From NCBI GenBank assembly GCA_947624845.1, contig CANQMB010000002.1, positions 1-40,314 on the forward strand: a stretch of 40,314 bases of DNA, in the 5' to 3' direction. The first letter of the stretch is position 1; the number at the start of each line of letters is the position of its first letter. This DNA comes from an uncultured Bacilli bacterium. Its GTDB lineage: Bacteria; Bacillota_I; Bacilli_A; RF39; UBA660. Shown one piece after another: positions 1 to 9,693 of the stretch. A program made the position numbers and the translations under genes. The notes under the pieces were generated by a model. It was not told where the DNA came from, did not search any database, and saw only the letters and a list, made by a program, of their open reading frames with translations.

Positions 1-108
1 AATTAACATTTTTACTTTATCATATCGTTTTAATTTTTTTAACTTTTTGGTCTCACATCATTTACAACTACACACAATTACTTTCGTACTTTTTTCTTTT
101 TTTCCTTT

Positions 109-636
109 TTATTTATTATTTTGATTATATTGATTTGGAATACAACGTTTTTTTACTTTAACAAGAGCTTCTTCCACCGAAGAAGAGGTATATAAAGTTT
201 TATAATACCAATTTTGTAAAGTTTCAAAATCACTCCAACTTGGACTTTTCTGCTTAGAAATTAATACATTGTGATTTTCTTTAAAGTTATTTTGTTCATC
301 TTCCTTTTTTTCTCTTGTCTCGATATTAATATATTGATCATATTGAGTATTATCTTCTCTAGTAAATCTTCCATTGTAATAATAGATCTCTGAAGATAAA
401 GAAGTCTTTAATCCATAAGATTTTAAAATTACTAGTAAATCTCGATCAACTTCCCACTGATCTAAATCAAATATTTGCATAATTTCTAAGTATTTTTTGA
501 CCGAAGGATTTTGTTCCAAGTTTTGTTGTTCTTTTTTTAATTTAAAAAATTGATTGGTAGTCAAATTTTTTTTCGGATTTAAATCTAAATATTTTTTAAT
601 TGCTAATCTAAATTCACGATCTGTCATCTTCATCAT
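109..636 (-). CDS. hypothetical protein (175 aa), distal gene of the mnmE-mnmG-rsmG string
   Basis: Uninterrupted ORF beginning 7 nt downstream of rsmG on the same strand. Lys/Asn/Gln-rich with no motif I recognise. No ParA/ParB/Noc motifs, although those genes often occupy this position. Confidence 0.5.
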   Translation of the reverse strand: MMKMTDREFRLAIKKYLDLNPKKNLTTNQFFKLKKEQQNLEQNPSVKKYLEIMQIFDLDQWEVDRDLLVILKSYGLKTSLSSEIYYYNGRFTREDNTQYDQYINIETREKKEDEQNNFKENHNVLISKQKSPSWSDFETLQNWYYKTLYTSSSVEEALVKVKKRCIPNQYNQNNK

Positions 637-643
637 TTCCTTT

Positions 644-1282
644 CTAGTTTTTATTTGAAAGTATTACTAAACTTCGTTTACTATTTTCAATAGGTAGTAA
701 AAACTTTTCAATTTTGATAATTTTATATTTTTGTTCAATCCTTCTTTTTGTTTTTTCAGTAAGTTCAGAGGAAATATCCCCCTTCATGGCAATCAAAACG
801 CCGTTGGAATTTAGTAAGTGCATCGTATATTTTACTAGTTTTTCGATATTGGCAACGGCACGAGAAGTAACAACGTCAAATTTTCCTTGATAATCCTCTC
901 CTCGACAGTGAATCGCTTTTATATCTTTTAATTCTAATTCTTGAATGATTTCATTTAAATAAATCACTCTTTTATTTAAAGCTTCAATCAATGTTATTTT
1001 TAAATTGGGAAAGACAATTTTTAAGACAACACCAGGAAATCCAGCCCCACTGCCAACATCACATAATGTCTCTACATGATTTAAATCTACTCCTTTACAA
1101 ATCGTAAGACTATCATAAAAATGCTTTAAATAAACTTCTTCTCTTTCTATAATTCTCGTCAAATTCATCTTTTGATTCCATTCGGAAAGTAGCCAATAAA
1201 ATTTTTCTAATTTTTCCATTTGATCATCTGTAATCTTTATTCCTAGATCCTCAGTAGCCAATAAAAATTCTTCTTTATTCAT
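644..1282 (-). CDS. rsmG: 16S rRNA (guanine527-N7)-methyltransferase RsmG (GidB)
   Basis: SAM-binding glycine loop LCDVGSGAGFPGVVLKI. The ~210 aa size and the position directly after mnmG (8-nt overlap) are typical. Confidence 0.9.
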   Translation of the reverse strand: MNKEEFLLATEDLGIKITDDQMEKLEKFYWLLSEWNQKMNLTRIIEREEVYLKHFYDSLTICKGVDLNHVETLCDVGSGAGFPGVVLKIVFPNLKITLIEALNKRVIYLNEIIQELELKDIKAIHCRGEDYQGKFDVVTSRAVANIEKLVKYTMHLLNSNGVLIAMKGDISSELTEKTKRRIEQKYKIIKIEKFLLPIENSKRSLVILSNKN

Positions 1283-3137
1283 TATATTCTCTCTTTCTTA
1301 AATAAACCATTAAAATAGAAATATCTGCTGGATTCACACCACTAATTCTCGAAGCTTGACCTAAAGAAGTAGGATGAATTTCTATTAATTTTTGACGAGC
1401 TTCACTGGCTAAATTGGGAATCGTTTCATAGTCTATATCTTCTGGTATTTTTTTATTTTCTAAAGAAAGCATTTTTTCTGCTTCTTTCATGGCTTTTTTA
1501 ATATAACCTTCATAACGAATATTAATTTCTACTTGATAACAGACCTCTTCACTATAAGGTACAGAAATAAAATGTTGAATATCTTCCATGGTAATTTCTG
1601 GTCTTTTAAGTAAATCATATAGCCTAATTCCATCTTTTAATTCTGCACTATTTTTTGATTTTAAATACTCATTTGTCTGTTTTGTAGGTGTAATTTTATT
1701 TTCTTTTAATAATTGAAACAATTCTTTCATTTCTTTTTCTTTTTGTTTTAATTGTTCATACTTTTTCTCATCAATTAATCCGACTTGATAACCATATTTT
1801 CGTAATCTTAAATCTGCATTGTCATGGCGGAGCAACAGACGATATTCAGCTCGAGAAGTTAAAAGACGATAAGGATCTTTTACTCCCTTTGTTACTAAAT
1901 CATCAATTAAAACCCCAATATAAGATTCGTTTCTTTTTAAGATTAGAGGTGATTTTCCTTCTAATTTTAAAGAGGCATTTATCCCTGCGATTAAACCTTG
2001 TCCAGCCGCTTCTTCATAACCACTTGTACCATTAATTTGTCCAGCGGTAAATAAGTTTTCAACTATTTTTGTTTCTAAACTTTGTTTTAATTGCCTAGAA
2101 TCAATCGCATCATATTCAATTGCATAGGCATATTTTTTAATTATGGCATGTTCGAGTCCACTTAGACTATGGACCATTTGTTCTTGAACATCTTCAGGCA
2201 TACTACTTGAAAAGCCTTGAATATAAATATCATCATAATAGCGACTTTCTGGTTCTAAAAATAATTGATGCCGTTCCTTAGATGAAAAGCGAACTACTTT
2301 ATCTTCAATGGAAGGACAATACCTTGGACCAATTCCTTCGACATAACCTCCATACATACTCGATTTATCTAAATTTTCTTTGATAATTTGATGTGTTTTG
2401 TCATTCGTATAAATTAAATGGCAAGGTTCTTGTTCTTCTGGTTGATAATAGGCAATATGATCAAAAGAAAAGGTATGAATTTTCTCATCTCCTGTTTCCA
2501 AAGAAGTTTTTGTAAAATCAATGGAATCTTTTACAATTCTAGGAGGGGTTCCCGTTTTTAATCTTAATATTTTAAATCCTAAATCTTTTAGTTTGTTACT
2601 CAAAAATTTACTTGATTTTTCTCCATGTGGACCTTCTAGTTTTTTCTTATCACCAATTAAAATATTACTTTTTAAATACGTTCCAGTCGTTAAAATTACA
2701 CATTTAGATGAAATTTTCGTTCCATCTTCTAAAATAATTCCTTTAATTTTATTTTTTTCAACTATTAAATCTTCAACAAGAGATTCTTTTATTTCTAAAT
2801 TTGATTGATTATTCAATGTTTTTAACATTTCTTGTGGATAAATAATTTTATCTTCCTGGGCTCTTAAAGCTTGAACGGCAGGGCCTTTTTTAGTATTTAA
2901 CATTTTTACTTGCAGAGCCCCTTTATCCGCATTTCTTCCCATTTCTCCACCTAAAGCATCGATCTCTCTAACGACAATTCCCTTCGCAGGGCCTCCAATA
3001 GAAGGATTACATGGCATATCGGCAATATTTTTTATATTTCCCGTTATTAATAATGTTTGATGGTTCAATCTTGCACTGGCAAGAGCAGCTTCACATCCAG
3101 CATGTCCACCACCAACGACAATGATTTCGTATTTCAT
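1275..3137 (-). CDS. mnmG: tRNA uridine 5-carboxymethylaminomethyl modification enzyme MnmG (GidA)
   Basis: N-terminal FAD fold IIVVGGGHAGCEAA. GidA blocks GPRYCPSIEDK and TSRAEYRLLLRHDNAD. Start placed at ATG 3137; the track ORF extends 3 codons further to GTG 3146. Confidence 0.95.
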   Translation of the reverse strand: MKYEIIVVGGGHAGCEAALASARLNHQTLLITGNIKNIADMPCNPSIGGPAKGIVVREIDALGGEMGRNADKGALQVKMLNTKKGPAVQALRAQEDKIIYPQEMLKTLNNQSNLEIKESLVEDLIVEKNKIKGIILEDGTKISSKCVILTTGTYLKSNILIGDKKKLEGPHGEKSSKFLSNKLKDLGFKILRLKTGTPPRIVKDSIDFTKTSLETGDEKIHTFSFDHIAYYQPEEQEPCHLIYTNDKTHQIIKENLDKSSMYGGYVEGIGPRYCPSIEDKVVRFSSKERHQLFLEPESRYYDDIYIQGFSSSMPEDVQEQMVHSLSGLEHAIIKKYAYAIEYDAIDSRQLKQSLETKIVENLFTAGQINGTSGYEEAAGQGLIAGINASLKLEGKSPLILKRNESYIGVLIDDLVTKGVKDPYRLLTSRAEYRLLLRHDNADLRLRKYGYQVGLIDEKKYEQLKQKEKEMKELFQLLKENKITPTKQTNEYLKSKNSAELKDGIRLYDLLKRPEITMEDIQHFISVPYSEEVCYQVEINIRYEGYIKKAMKEAEKMLSLENKKIPEDIDYETIPNLASEARQKLIEIHPTSLGQASRISGVNPADISILMVYLRKREYNE

Positions 3138-3150
3138 TTCTTTCACTTCC

Positions 3151-4506
3151 CTATTTTCCTACACAGAAGTTTGAAAATAAGTGATCTAATATTTCATCAC
3201 TATATTCCTCACCAATAACTTCTCCTAATAAATCTAGTGCTTGTTTTAAATCAATCGCTAAAAAATCCATAGGTAATTCTTCCTCAATCCCTTTCAATAC
3301 AGATTGAAGCGCTTTTTTTGCTTGATTGATTAAAGATATTTGTCTGGCATTACTCAAGTAAGTGGCATCGTTATTTTCTATTTTTTCTAATTGAAATAAT
3401 TCTTTAATTTTGTCTTTTAATTCATCTGTTCCAGTCATATCCTTTGTATTCGTGCTAACTACATTGTAATTTTTAAAATCTTCTTTTTTTATTTTTTGAT
3501 CTAAATCATTCTTATTTAGAATAATTATAGTCTTCTTTGGATTCACTTTTTCAAGCAATTTTTGATCTTCTTTGGTCATATTTTCTCCACTATTTAAGAC
3601 TAGTAAAATTAAGTTTGCTTCCTCAATTAAAGATAAACTCTTTTCTACTCCTATTTTTTCAATTGTATCTTCGGTTTCTCGAATTCCTGCTGTATCGATC
3701 ATATTTAAATGAATTCCTTCAAATTGAAGACTTCCTTCGACAATATCTCTTGTAGTTCCTTCTATATCTGTAACGATTGCTTTTTCTTTTCCTAATAAAT
3801 GATTTAATATACTACTTTTTCCAACATTAGGACGTCCAATAATAATTGTTTTGATTCCTTCTTTAACTATTTCTCCATTTTTGGCATTTTGTAAAAGGAT
3901 CTCTAATTCTTCTTCTAATTCTTCTGTCGATTTTTTTATTTTTTCTAATGTCATAATTTCAATATCATAATATTCTGGATAATCAATATTGACTTCAATG
4001 GATGCTAATAAATCTTTAATTTTTTCTCGAAATTCATGAATAGAATTTGAAATTTTCCCGGTCAATTGTCCTAATGCTTGTTTTCTAGCAATATCACTTT
4101 TACTTTCTATTAAATCCATTACAGCTTCTGCTTGAGTTAAATCAATACGGCCATTTAAAAAAGCTCTTTTTGTAAATTCTCCGGCTTCTGCTAATCTTGC
4201 TCCATGATTTAATAATACTTCTAAAACTTTATTGGTTGACATAATTCCACCATGACAATTAATTTCTACCACATCTTCGGTTGTAAAAGTTTTTGGAGAT
4301 TTCATGACACTAACTAATACTTCATCGATAATTTCTTCCTTTTCCTTGATATATCCATAATGAATTGTATGACTATCCACTTTCGTTAAATCACAACCAT
4401 GAAATATTTGATTGGCAATGGCAATAGCCTCTTTTCCACTAAGACGTACGATGGATATGGCACCTGTGCCTAAAGCTGTTGATATAGCAGCGATTGTTTC
4501 TTTCAT
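3151..4506 (-). CDS. mnmE: tRNA modification GTPase MnmE (TrmE)
   Basis: G-domain motifs GRPNVGKSS, DTAGIR and NKNDL. C-terminal FCVGK tail characteristic of TrmE. Confidence 0.95.
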   Translation of the reverse strand: MKETIAAISTALGTGAISIVRLSGKEAIAIANQIFHGCDLTKVDSHTIHYGYIKEKEEIIDEVLVSVMKSPKTFTTEDVVEINCHGGIMSTNKVLEVLLNHGARLAEAGEFTKRAFLNGRIDLTQAEAVMDLIESKSDIARKQALGQLTGKISNSIHEFREKIKDLLASIEVNIDYPEYYDIEIMTLEKIKKSTEELEEELEILLQNAKNGEIVKEGIKTIIIGRPNVGKSSILNHLLGKEKAIVTDIEGTTRDIVEGSLQFEGIHLNMIDTAGIRETEDTIEKIGVEKSLSLIEEANLILLVLNSGENMTKEDQKLLEKVNPKKTIIILNKNDLDQKIKKEDFKNYNVVSTNTKDMTGTDELKDKIKELFQLEKIENNDATYLSNARQISLINQAKKALQSVLKGIEEELPMDFLAIDLKQALDLLGEVIGEEYSDEILDHLFSNFCVGK

Positions 4507-4552
4507 TTTTCCACTTCCTAAAAATAACTATCGATATTATACTACAGTACAT

Positions 4553-4580
4553 AAAAAAAAAGAAGAATTATTTTTCTTCT
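4553..4580 (-). terminator. intrinsic terminator after jag (read on the minus strand)
   Basis: Stem AGAAGAA (4561-4567) pairs with TTCTTCT (4574-4580). The jag stop codon sits in the 6-nt loop. On the minus strand a run of about 9 U follows (plus-strand A-run 4553-4560). Confidence 0.6.
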
Positions 4581-5182
4581 CTTGGTTTAATTACTACTGC
4601 ACGGTTTGGTTCTTCTCCAATACTTTCTGTATATACTTTTTTATGATTTGTTAACGCATTATGAATAATTCTTCTTTCATAAGAATTCATTGAATCTAAT
4701 TGAACTTCTATTTTCGTGGATGCTACTTCTCTTGCTGTTTGTTTTGCTAGACGTTCCAATTGTCTTTCCCGATGTTCTTTATAATCACTGACATCGATTA
4801 CAAATTTAAAAGGAACATCGATTTCTTTTTTTAATGCCTGATTGACTAAAACAGATAATGCTTTTAAATTTTTTCCATTTTTTCCAATTAATAAAGCATC
4901 ATGATCTGAATAAATAATATAATTTGGTGTTTCTCCTTTGGTTTTTATTTCAATATTTGCAGTAAAACCTAGATCTTTTAATAGATGAAGAATATACTCT
5001 TTTATAAATTTTACTACTTCTCTTTTCTCAATAACTTCTATTTCTACTTTTTTACTTTTAAATAAACCCGTCTTTATTTCTTTTTCTTGAATAATTAGAT
5101 TTTCTTCTACTTCTTGTAGTTCTAATTTAGCATTACTAATAGCCTCTTCCTTTGTTTTTCCAATATAACTATGCTTTTCCAT
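4568..5182 (-). CDS. khpB: Jag/KhpB RNA-binding protein (KH + R3H domains)
   Basis: C-terminal R3H signature SYERRIIHNAL...EEPNRAVVI. Conserved position downstream of yidC, with a 14-nt overlap. Confidence 0.85.
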   Translation of the reverse strand: MEKHSYIGKTKEEAISNAKLELQEVEENLIIQEKEIKTGLFKSKKVEIEVIEKREVVKFIKEYILHLLKDLGFTANIEIKTKGETPNYIIYSDHDALLIGKNGKNLKALSVLVNQALKKEIDVPFKFVIDVSDYKEHRERQLERLAKQTAREVASTKIEVQLDSMNSYERRIIHNALTNHKKVYTESIGEEPNRAVVIKPREEK

Positions 5183-6107
5183 AAACTTCTTTGCTCCTTT
5201 TTACTAATATATTTTGAACAATGGTAAATACATTGCTTGTAACCCAGTAAATTCCTAAAGCAGAAGGCATAAATAAAGACATTACAATAATCATAACACT
5301 CATCATGATTGGCATCGTCTGCATATTGACGTTGCCACTGGTACCAGCCATATTCATTTTGAAAGAATAAAAAGTAGTAAATGCAATCAAAAGAACTAAA
5401 ATTATATATATATACCATGCACTTGAAGTAAATCCAATCATTGGAGTGGTTCCTAATTGCAATTTAAGAAAATAATCTTCAAAAATTGCTGGCGTTCTTT
5501 GTACTGCTTCAAAAAAAGCTAGTAATAAAGGAAGTTGTAACATTGAAAATAAACATCCAGATAGGGGACTTATATTATATTTTTTGTAAACAGCCATTAA
5601 TTCTTGGTTTTGTCGAATCATCGATTCTTGATCTTGTTTTCCCTCATATTTTTTCTGAATTCGATTAATTTCTGGTTGAGCTTTTTTGATGATTTCAGAT
5701 TGAATTGCCGTTTTTTTCGTTACTGGATAGGCAATAAAACGAATAATTAAACTGATGATAATAATAGATAATGCATAATTTTTCAAAAGTTTTCCAAGAA
5801 TTAAGATTAAGAAGGCAAGTGGTTTTACGAAAATACTCGTCCACAATCCTTCGTATTCTCCAGAAGTTACTTTAAATTCATCACAATTTGGTAATTTTTC
5901 AATATTTACTTTTGTTTTTTCATAAGCTTTAATGGTAGATTTATCTGTTGGTTTACATAATATATTTTCAGTTAAATTCTGACCTGTACTTTCATTTTTT
6001 ACAGGATTATTCTTTTTATCCACTAATGTTTTGGTACAACCAGTAGTAAGCATCAATACCAAAAGGAAAATAACTATAATTTTATTACGATATTTTGATT
6101 TTTTCAT
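5169..6107 (-). CDS. yidC: membrane protein insertase YidC/OxaA (lipoprotein type)
   Basis: Lipobox LMLTTGC near the N-terminus and multiple TM helices. Conserved C-terminal block ALGIYWVTSNVFTIVQ. Canonical rnpA-yidC-jag order. Confidence 0.9.
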   Translation of the reverse strand: MKKSKYRNKIIVIFLLVLMLTTGCTKTLVDKKNNPVKNESTGQNLTENILCKPTDKSTIKAYEKTKVNIEKLPNCDEFKVTSGEYEGLWTSIFVKPLAFLILILGKLLKNYALSIIIISLIIRFIAYPVTKKTAIQSEIIKKAQPEINRIQKKYEGKQDQESMIRQNQELMAVYKKYNISPLSGCLFSMLQLPLLLAFFEAVQRTPAIFEDYFLKLQLGTTPMIGFTSSAWYIYIILVLLIAFTTFYSFKMNMAGTSGNVNMQTMPIMMSVMIIVMSLFMPSALGIYWVTSNVFTIVQNILVKRSKEVYGKA

Positions 6108-6119
6108 CTTTCTGCTCCT

Positions 6120-6446
6120 TTATTTATCTTCTGTCATTAATTTAAAAAAACTATCTTTCATTTCTTGATATGTACATTCGAGACAGGTCTTTCTTAATAT
6201 TATAATATAATTTTGACTATTTTGATAGTCTTTTTTATATTGATCTACGATTGCGCGTATTTTTCTTTTATATTTATTACGAATGACCGCCTTCCCAATT
6301 TTTTTGCCAACAGAAATTCCATATTTATCATAGCCCAAATCATTTTTTTCACAATATATGACAAATTCTTTATTCTTTTTCATTGTTCCTTGATGGATAA
6401 TGCGATTAAAATCTTCTGGTTTTTTTATAATATTTACTTTTTTCAT
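6120..6446 (-). CDS. rnpA: ribonuclease P protein component
   Basis: 108 aa basic protein with the RNR-type motif KAVIRNKYKRKIR, immediately downstream of rpmH. Confidence 0.88.
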   Translation of the reverse strand: MKKVNIIKKPEDFNRIIHQGTMKKNKEFVIYCEKNDLGYDKYGISVGKKIGKAVIRNKYKRKIRAIVDQYKKDYQNSQNYIIILRKTCLECTYQEMKDSFFKLMTEDK

Positions 6447-6464
6447 ATCATCACCCTAAAAAGT

Positions 6465-6488
6465 AAAAAAAGCCACTAAAGTAGTGGA
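6465..6488 (-). terminator. hairpin plus U-run between rpmH and rnpA (partial terminator or attenuator)
   Basis: CCACTA (6473-6478) pairs with TAGTGG (6482-6487). On the minus strand 7 U follow (plus-strand A-run 6465-6471). Confidence 0.5.
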
Positions 6489-6611
6489 TTATTTACAAAG
6501 TATTTTTCTTCCTTTTCTACGACGTAAATTTAAAATATTACTTTTTTTACGTGCAAAAAAACCATGTTTCTTTGCTTTTTTACGATTGTTTGGTTGATAA
6601 GTTCTTTTCAT
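6489..6611 (-). CDS. rpmH: 50S ribosomal protein L34 (40 aa; below the ORF-track size cut-off)
   Basis: My translation is [40 protein letters not shown]. It shows the L34 signatures MKRTYQP and RRRKGRK. An SD GGAGG lies 8 nt upstream on the minus strand. Classic rpmH-rnpA position beside dnaA. Confidence 0.88.
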   Translation of the reverse strand: MKRTYQPNNRKKAKKHGFFARKKSNILNLRRRKGRKILCK

Positions 6612-6714
6612 TGTTCCACCTCCAGACATAAATCTACATTATTATAATAGGAAAAACCTTTTTTTGTCAATGAGAAAAAGAAATTAAATTACTTTTTCAC
6701 AGTTTCAACAAATT

Positions 6715-6833
6715 TGTGGATAAAAATTTGCACGATGTGAAGAAAAATTTGTGGAAAATGTGGATAATTCATTTTATTTTATATTTTTCAATTCTTTTTT
6801 ATGTGGAAAAACTTGTGGATTCCTTGTGAATAA
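6715..6833. promoter_or_regulatory. oriC part 1: DnaA-box cluster upstream of dnaA (also the dnaA and rpmH promoter region)
   Basis: Six boxes in one orientation. TGTGGATAA at 6715-6723 and 6759-6767 is the exact complement of TTATCCACA. TGTGGAAAA occurs at 6750-6758 and 6802-6810. TGTGGATTC is at 6814-6822 and TGTGAATAA at 6825-6833. AT-rich tracts lie between them. Confidence 0.85.
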
Positions 6834-6920
6834 AAATTTTTCTTATAAAATTGTTTCTTTTTTTCACAAATTGAGATACACTAAATTTAAGTTTTAACTT
6901 TTTGGTGGGGAGATGGTAGA

Positions 6921-8297
6921 ATGAATGTAGATTCTTTATGGTCTAAATTTTTATCGACAATCAAAGAAGAACTATCCTCCCTTTCTTATAATATTTGGTT
7001 TGCAGACACAGAACTTTATAAATTAGAACAAGACCGAGCCATCATTATTGTTCCAATGCCAATTCACAAAAAACATTTACCTGAAAATTATAAAGAAATT
7101 ATAGAAAGTACTTTAAATTCAATTACAGGTTCCAATTTAGAATTAGAATTTTTATTAAAAGAAGAAATTCCAAATGAAGAAGAGGAAGAAATCAAAGAAA
7201 TTATTACGATTGAAAAAGAAACTTCAACTCCATTGAATCATTCACCAGTTCAAACGAATTTAAAAAAACAATATACTTTTGAAAACTTTATTGTTGGAAA
7301 TAGTAATAAATTTGCCCATGCAGCCGCTCTTTCTGTTGCAGAAAATCCTGGAAAAATGTATAATCCTCTCTTTATTTATGGAAATAGTGGGTTAGGGAAA
7401 ACTCATTTAATGCATGCAATTGGAAATTTTATCGTAGAAAATAGTAATAAAAAAGTCTTATATGTAACAAGTGATCAATTTATTGAAGATTTTATTGGAA
7501 TTAATAAAAAAAACAATCGAGAAAATAATTTTGATTGTGTAGACTTCTTTAAAAATAAATATCGAAATATTGATGTTTTAATTATTGACGATATTCAGTT
7601 TTTAGGACCGGCCACACAATCTCAACAAGAATTTTTCCACACTTTTAATTCCCTATATAATGATTCAAAACAAATTATTATTTCTTCAGATCGATCTCCT
7701 GATGATTTAAAACTTTTAGAAGATCGTCTGAGAACTCGATTTTGTTGGGGTCTTACCGTTAATATTTTTCCTCCAGATTTCAATCTTCGAGTAGAAATAT
7801 TGAAGAAAAAAATTATCGCTGGAAATTTTGAAAAAGAAATTCCGAATGATGTCATTGAATATATTGCTTCTAATATTGGAAATGATGTCCGACAATTAGA
7901 AGGATCTATTACTCGATTAATTGCATATTCCACAATTATGGGAGGTGCTGAAATTAATTTAGATTTAGCCATTGAAGCTTTAAAAGACTTTATTAGCAAA
8001 GGAATGTGTGAAAAAAATGATATTCATCGAATTCAGCGGATTGTATCCGAATATTTTCAAATCTCAGTAGAAGATATTCGAAGCAAAAAAAGAAGTGCCA
8101 ATATTGCTTTTCCAAGACAAATTGCTATGTATCTATGTAGAAAAACAACATCTGAATCTTTTCCTAAAATAGGAACAGAATTTGGGGGAAAAGATCATTC
8201 TACTGTAATGCATTCCGTTGAAAAAATAGAACAAGAAATTAAAATAAATAAAGATTTGGCTAATATTATAGAAAAATTAAAAAAAGATATAGAATAG
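6921..8297 (+). CDS. dnaA: chromosomal replication initiator protein DnaA
   Basis: AAA+ Walker A GNSGLGKTHL and Walker B LIIDDIQF. C-terminal DNA-binding block FGGKDHSTVMHS. Confidence 0.97.
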   Translation: MNVDSLWSKFLSTIKEELSSLSYNIWFADTELYKLEQDRAIIIVPMPIHKKHLPENYKEIIESTLNSITGSNLELEFLLKEEIPNEEEEEIKEIITIEKETSTPLNHSPVQTNLKKQYTFENFIVGNSNKFAHAAALSVAENPGKMYNPLFIYGNSGLGKTHLMHAIGNFIVENSNKKVLYVTSDQFIEDFIGINKKNNRENNFDCVDFFKNKYRNIDVLIIDDIQFLGPATQSQQEFFHTFNSLYNDSKQIIISSDRSPDDLKLLEDRLRTRFCWGLTVNIFPPDFNLRVEILKKKIIAGNFEKEIPNDVIEYIASNIGNDVRQLEGSITRLIAYSTIMGGAEINLDLAIEALKDFISKGMCEKNDIHRIQRIVSEYFQISVEDIRSKKRSANIAFPRQIAMYLCRKTTSESFPKIGTEFGGKDHSTVMHSVEKIEQEIKINKDLANIIEKLKKDIE

Positions 8298-8301
8298 GGG
8301 A

Positions 8302-8413
8302 TGTGGATAATTTTTTATAACTATTTTACTTTTCCACATAGTTTCATGTAAAATAGTCTTTATAAATCAATGGAGATAAAAGTTTTAAACTTTTTCCACA
8401 GTAATAATAACAA
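8302..8413. promoter_or_regulatory. oriC part 2: DnaA boxes and a trio-like repeat in the dnaA-dnaN spacer
   Basis: TGTGGATAA at 8302-8310. TTTTCCACA at 8330-8338 and 8392-8400, in the opposite orientation. The last box is followed by G then TAA TAA TAA CAA (8402-8413) and an AT-rich tract running into the dnaN RBS. Confidence 0.7.
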
Positions 8414-8440
8414 TATAATAAAAAAGAAAGAAGGAATATT

Positions 8441-9568
8441 ATGAAATTAACAATAAAAAAGGAATTATTATTAGATGCTTTAATTAAAGTTTCTAAAGCA
8501 ATTTCTACTAAAAATTTAATTCCTGTTTTAGCAGGGATTCGATTTGATGTTTCAAAAAAGAAATTAACTTTAACAGCATCCGATAACGATATTACAATCG
8601 AAACGACAATTGATGCTAACGATACCAAAGATTTTGTTATTGAAAAAGAAGGTTCTATTATTATTCAAGGAAAATATATATTAGATATTGTAAGAAAACT
8701 TCCTGATGAATATATTAATATAGAATTAATAGATGAATTAAAAATTATGATTTATACAGAAAATAGTGAATTTAATTTAAATGGAATCAATGAAAGTGAA
8801 TATCCTTCCATTGATTTAGAAGAAAGTAAGAAAAAAATTGTGATTTCTAATTCAGTAATGAAAGAAATTGTTTCCCAAACAGCTTTCGCTGCTTCCCATG
8901 AAGAGACAAAGCCTGTATTAACTGGTATTAATTTCAATATCGTAGGGGATACCTTAGAATGTAATTCGACAGATTCTTATCGTCTTGCAAGAAAAATAAT
9001 CAAACTAGAAGAAGCCAGTGATGATAATTATAATATTGTAATTCCTAGTCATAATTTAGAAGAATTTTGCAAAATTTTGGATGAAGATAAAGAAAATATA
9101 GAAATTCATATATTTAATAATAAAATTTTATTTAAATATAAGAATATTAAATTTCAGTCTAGATTAATTAATGGAACTTATCCAAATACATCCAATTTAA
9201 TGCCTACAGATTCCTATTTAATTGTCAGTGCAAATTTAAATGATCTTTATAGTGTCATTGATCGGGCAAGTATTTTAACAAGTGATAAGGAAAAAAATAT
9301 TGTTACTTTGGAAACAGAAGGGGACACATTAATATTAAAATCTTCCTCTGCAGAAATTGGTAGAGTAGAAGAGAAAATGAAAATTCAAAAGAATAATCAA
9401 GAAAATATCAAAATTTCTTTTAGTGCAAAATATATGATGGAAGCATTAAAATCATTTAGAACAGAAAATGTAGAGCTTCATTTTGGCGGAGAAATTAAAC
9501 CTATTGTATTAAAATCGAAAGAAGATGAATCTTTAACTCAATTAGTATTACCAATTCGCACTTATTAA
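8441..9568 (+). CDS. dnaN: DNA polymerase III beta sliding clamp
   Basis: 375 aa. Typical N-terminus MKLTIKKELLL..L..VSKAIS, internal KPVLTGINF, and C-terminal LVLPIRTY. Confidence 0.95.
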   Translation: MKLTIKKELLLDALIKVSKAISTKNLIPVLAGIRFDVSKKKLTLTASDNDITIETTIDANDTKDFVIEKEGSIIIQGKYILDIVRKLPDEYINIELIDELKIMIYTENSEFNLNGINESEYPSIDLEESKKKIVISNSVMKEIVSQTAFAASHEETKPVLTGINFNIVGDTLECNSTDSYRLARKIIKLEEASDDNYNIVIPSHNLEEFCKILDEDKENIEIHIFNNKILFKYKNIKFQSRLINGTYPNTSNLMPTDSYLIVSANLNDLYSVIDRASILTSDKEKNIVTLETEGDTLILKSSSAEIGRVEEKMKIQKNNQENIKISFSAKYMMEALKSFRTENVELHFGGEIKPIVLKSKEDESLTQLVLPIRTY

Positions 9569-9605
9569 AATATTCAAAATTAAATTTTGGATATTTTTTT
9601 TTATT
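9569..9605 (+). terminator. AT-rich hairpin plus T-run after dnaN
   Basis: AATATTCAAAAT (9569-9580) pairs with ATTTTGGATATT (9584-9595), with one G-U pair. A T-run follows. The stem is all-AT, so it is weak. Confidence 0.45.
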
Positions 9606-9693
9606 TTCCAGAAATTTCAACAAATATCGACACCAGAATTTGATATGCTAGAAAGTGAAAACGCAAATTTTGGGTTTTCGGAAAGGGGGTTTT

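Noticed and set aside
2521-2808. Short antisense or alternate-frame ORFs in the track. Examples: 2521-2808, 3537-3755, 4412-4654, 5486-5668, 6213-6479, 7622-7999, 8344-8628, 8752-8937, 11523-11717, 13649-13831, 14534-14827, 14975-15238, 18242-18451, 18922-19146, 19427-19624, 21628-21840, 25668-25946, 28069-28537, 30989-31228, 31754-31978, 36259-36453, 36808-36990, 36899-37138, 37938-38186 and 39418-39600.
   Set aside because: Each lies inside or opposite a confidently identified conserved gene. None has a ribosome-binding site, and all show low-complexity hydrophobic composition. They are treated as chance ORFs.
5122-5418. 98-aa minus-strand ORF overlapping the yidC 3' end and jag 5' end
   Set aside because: It is an alternate frame of yidC. 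The Cys/Tyr/Trp-rich translation has no features of a real protein, and yidC and jag already account for the DNA.
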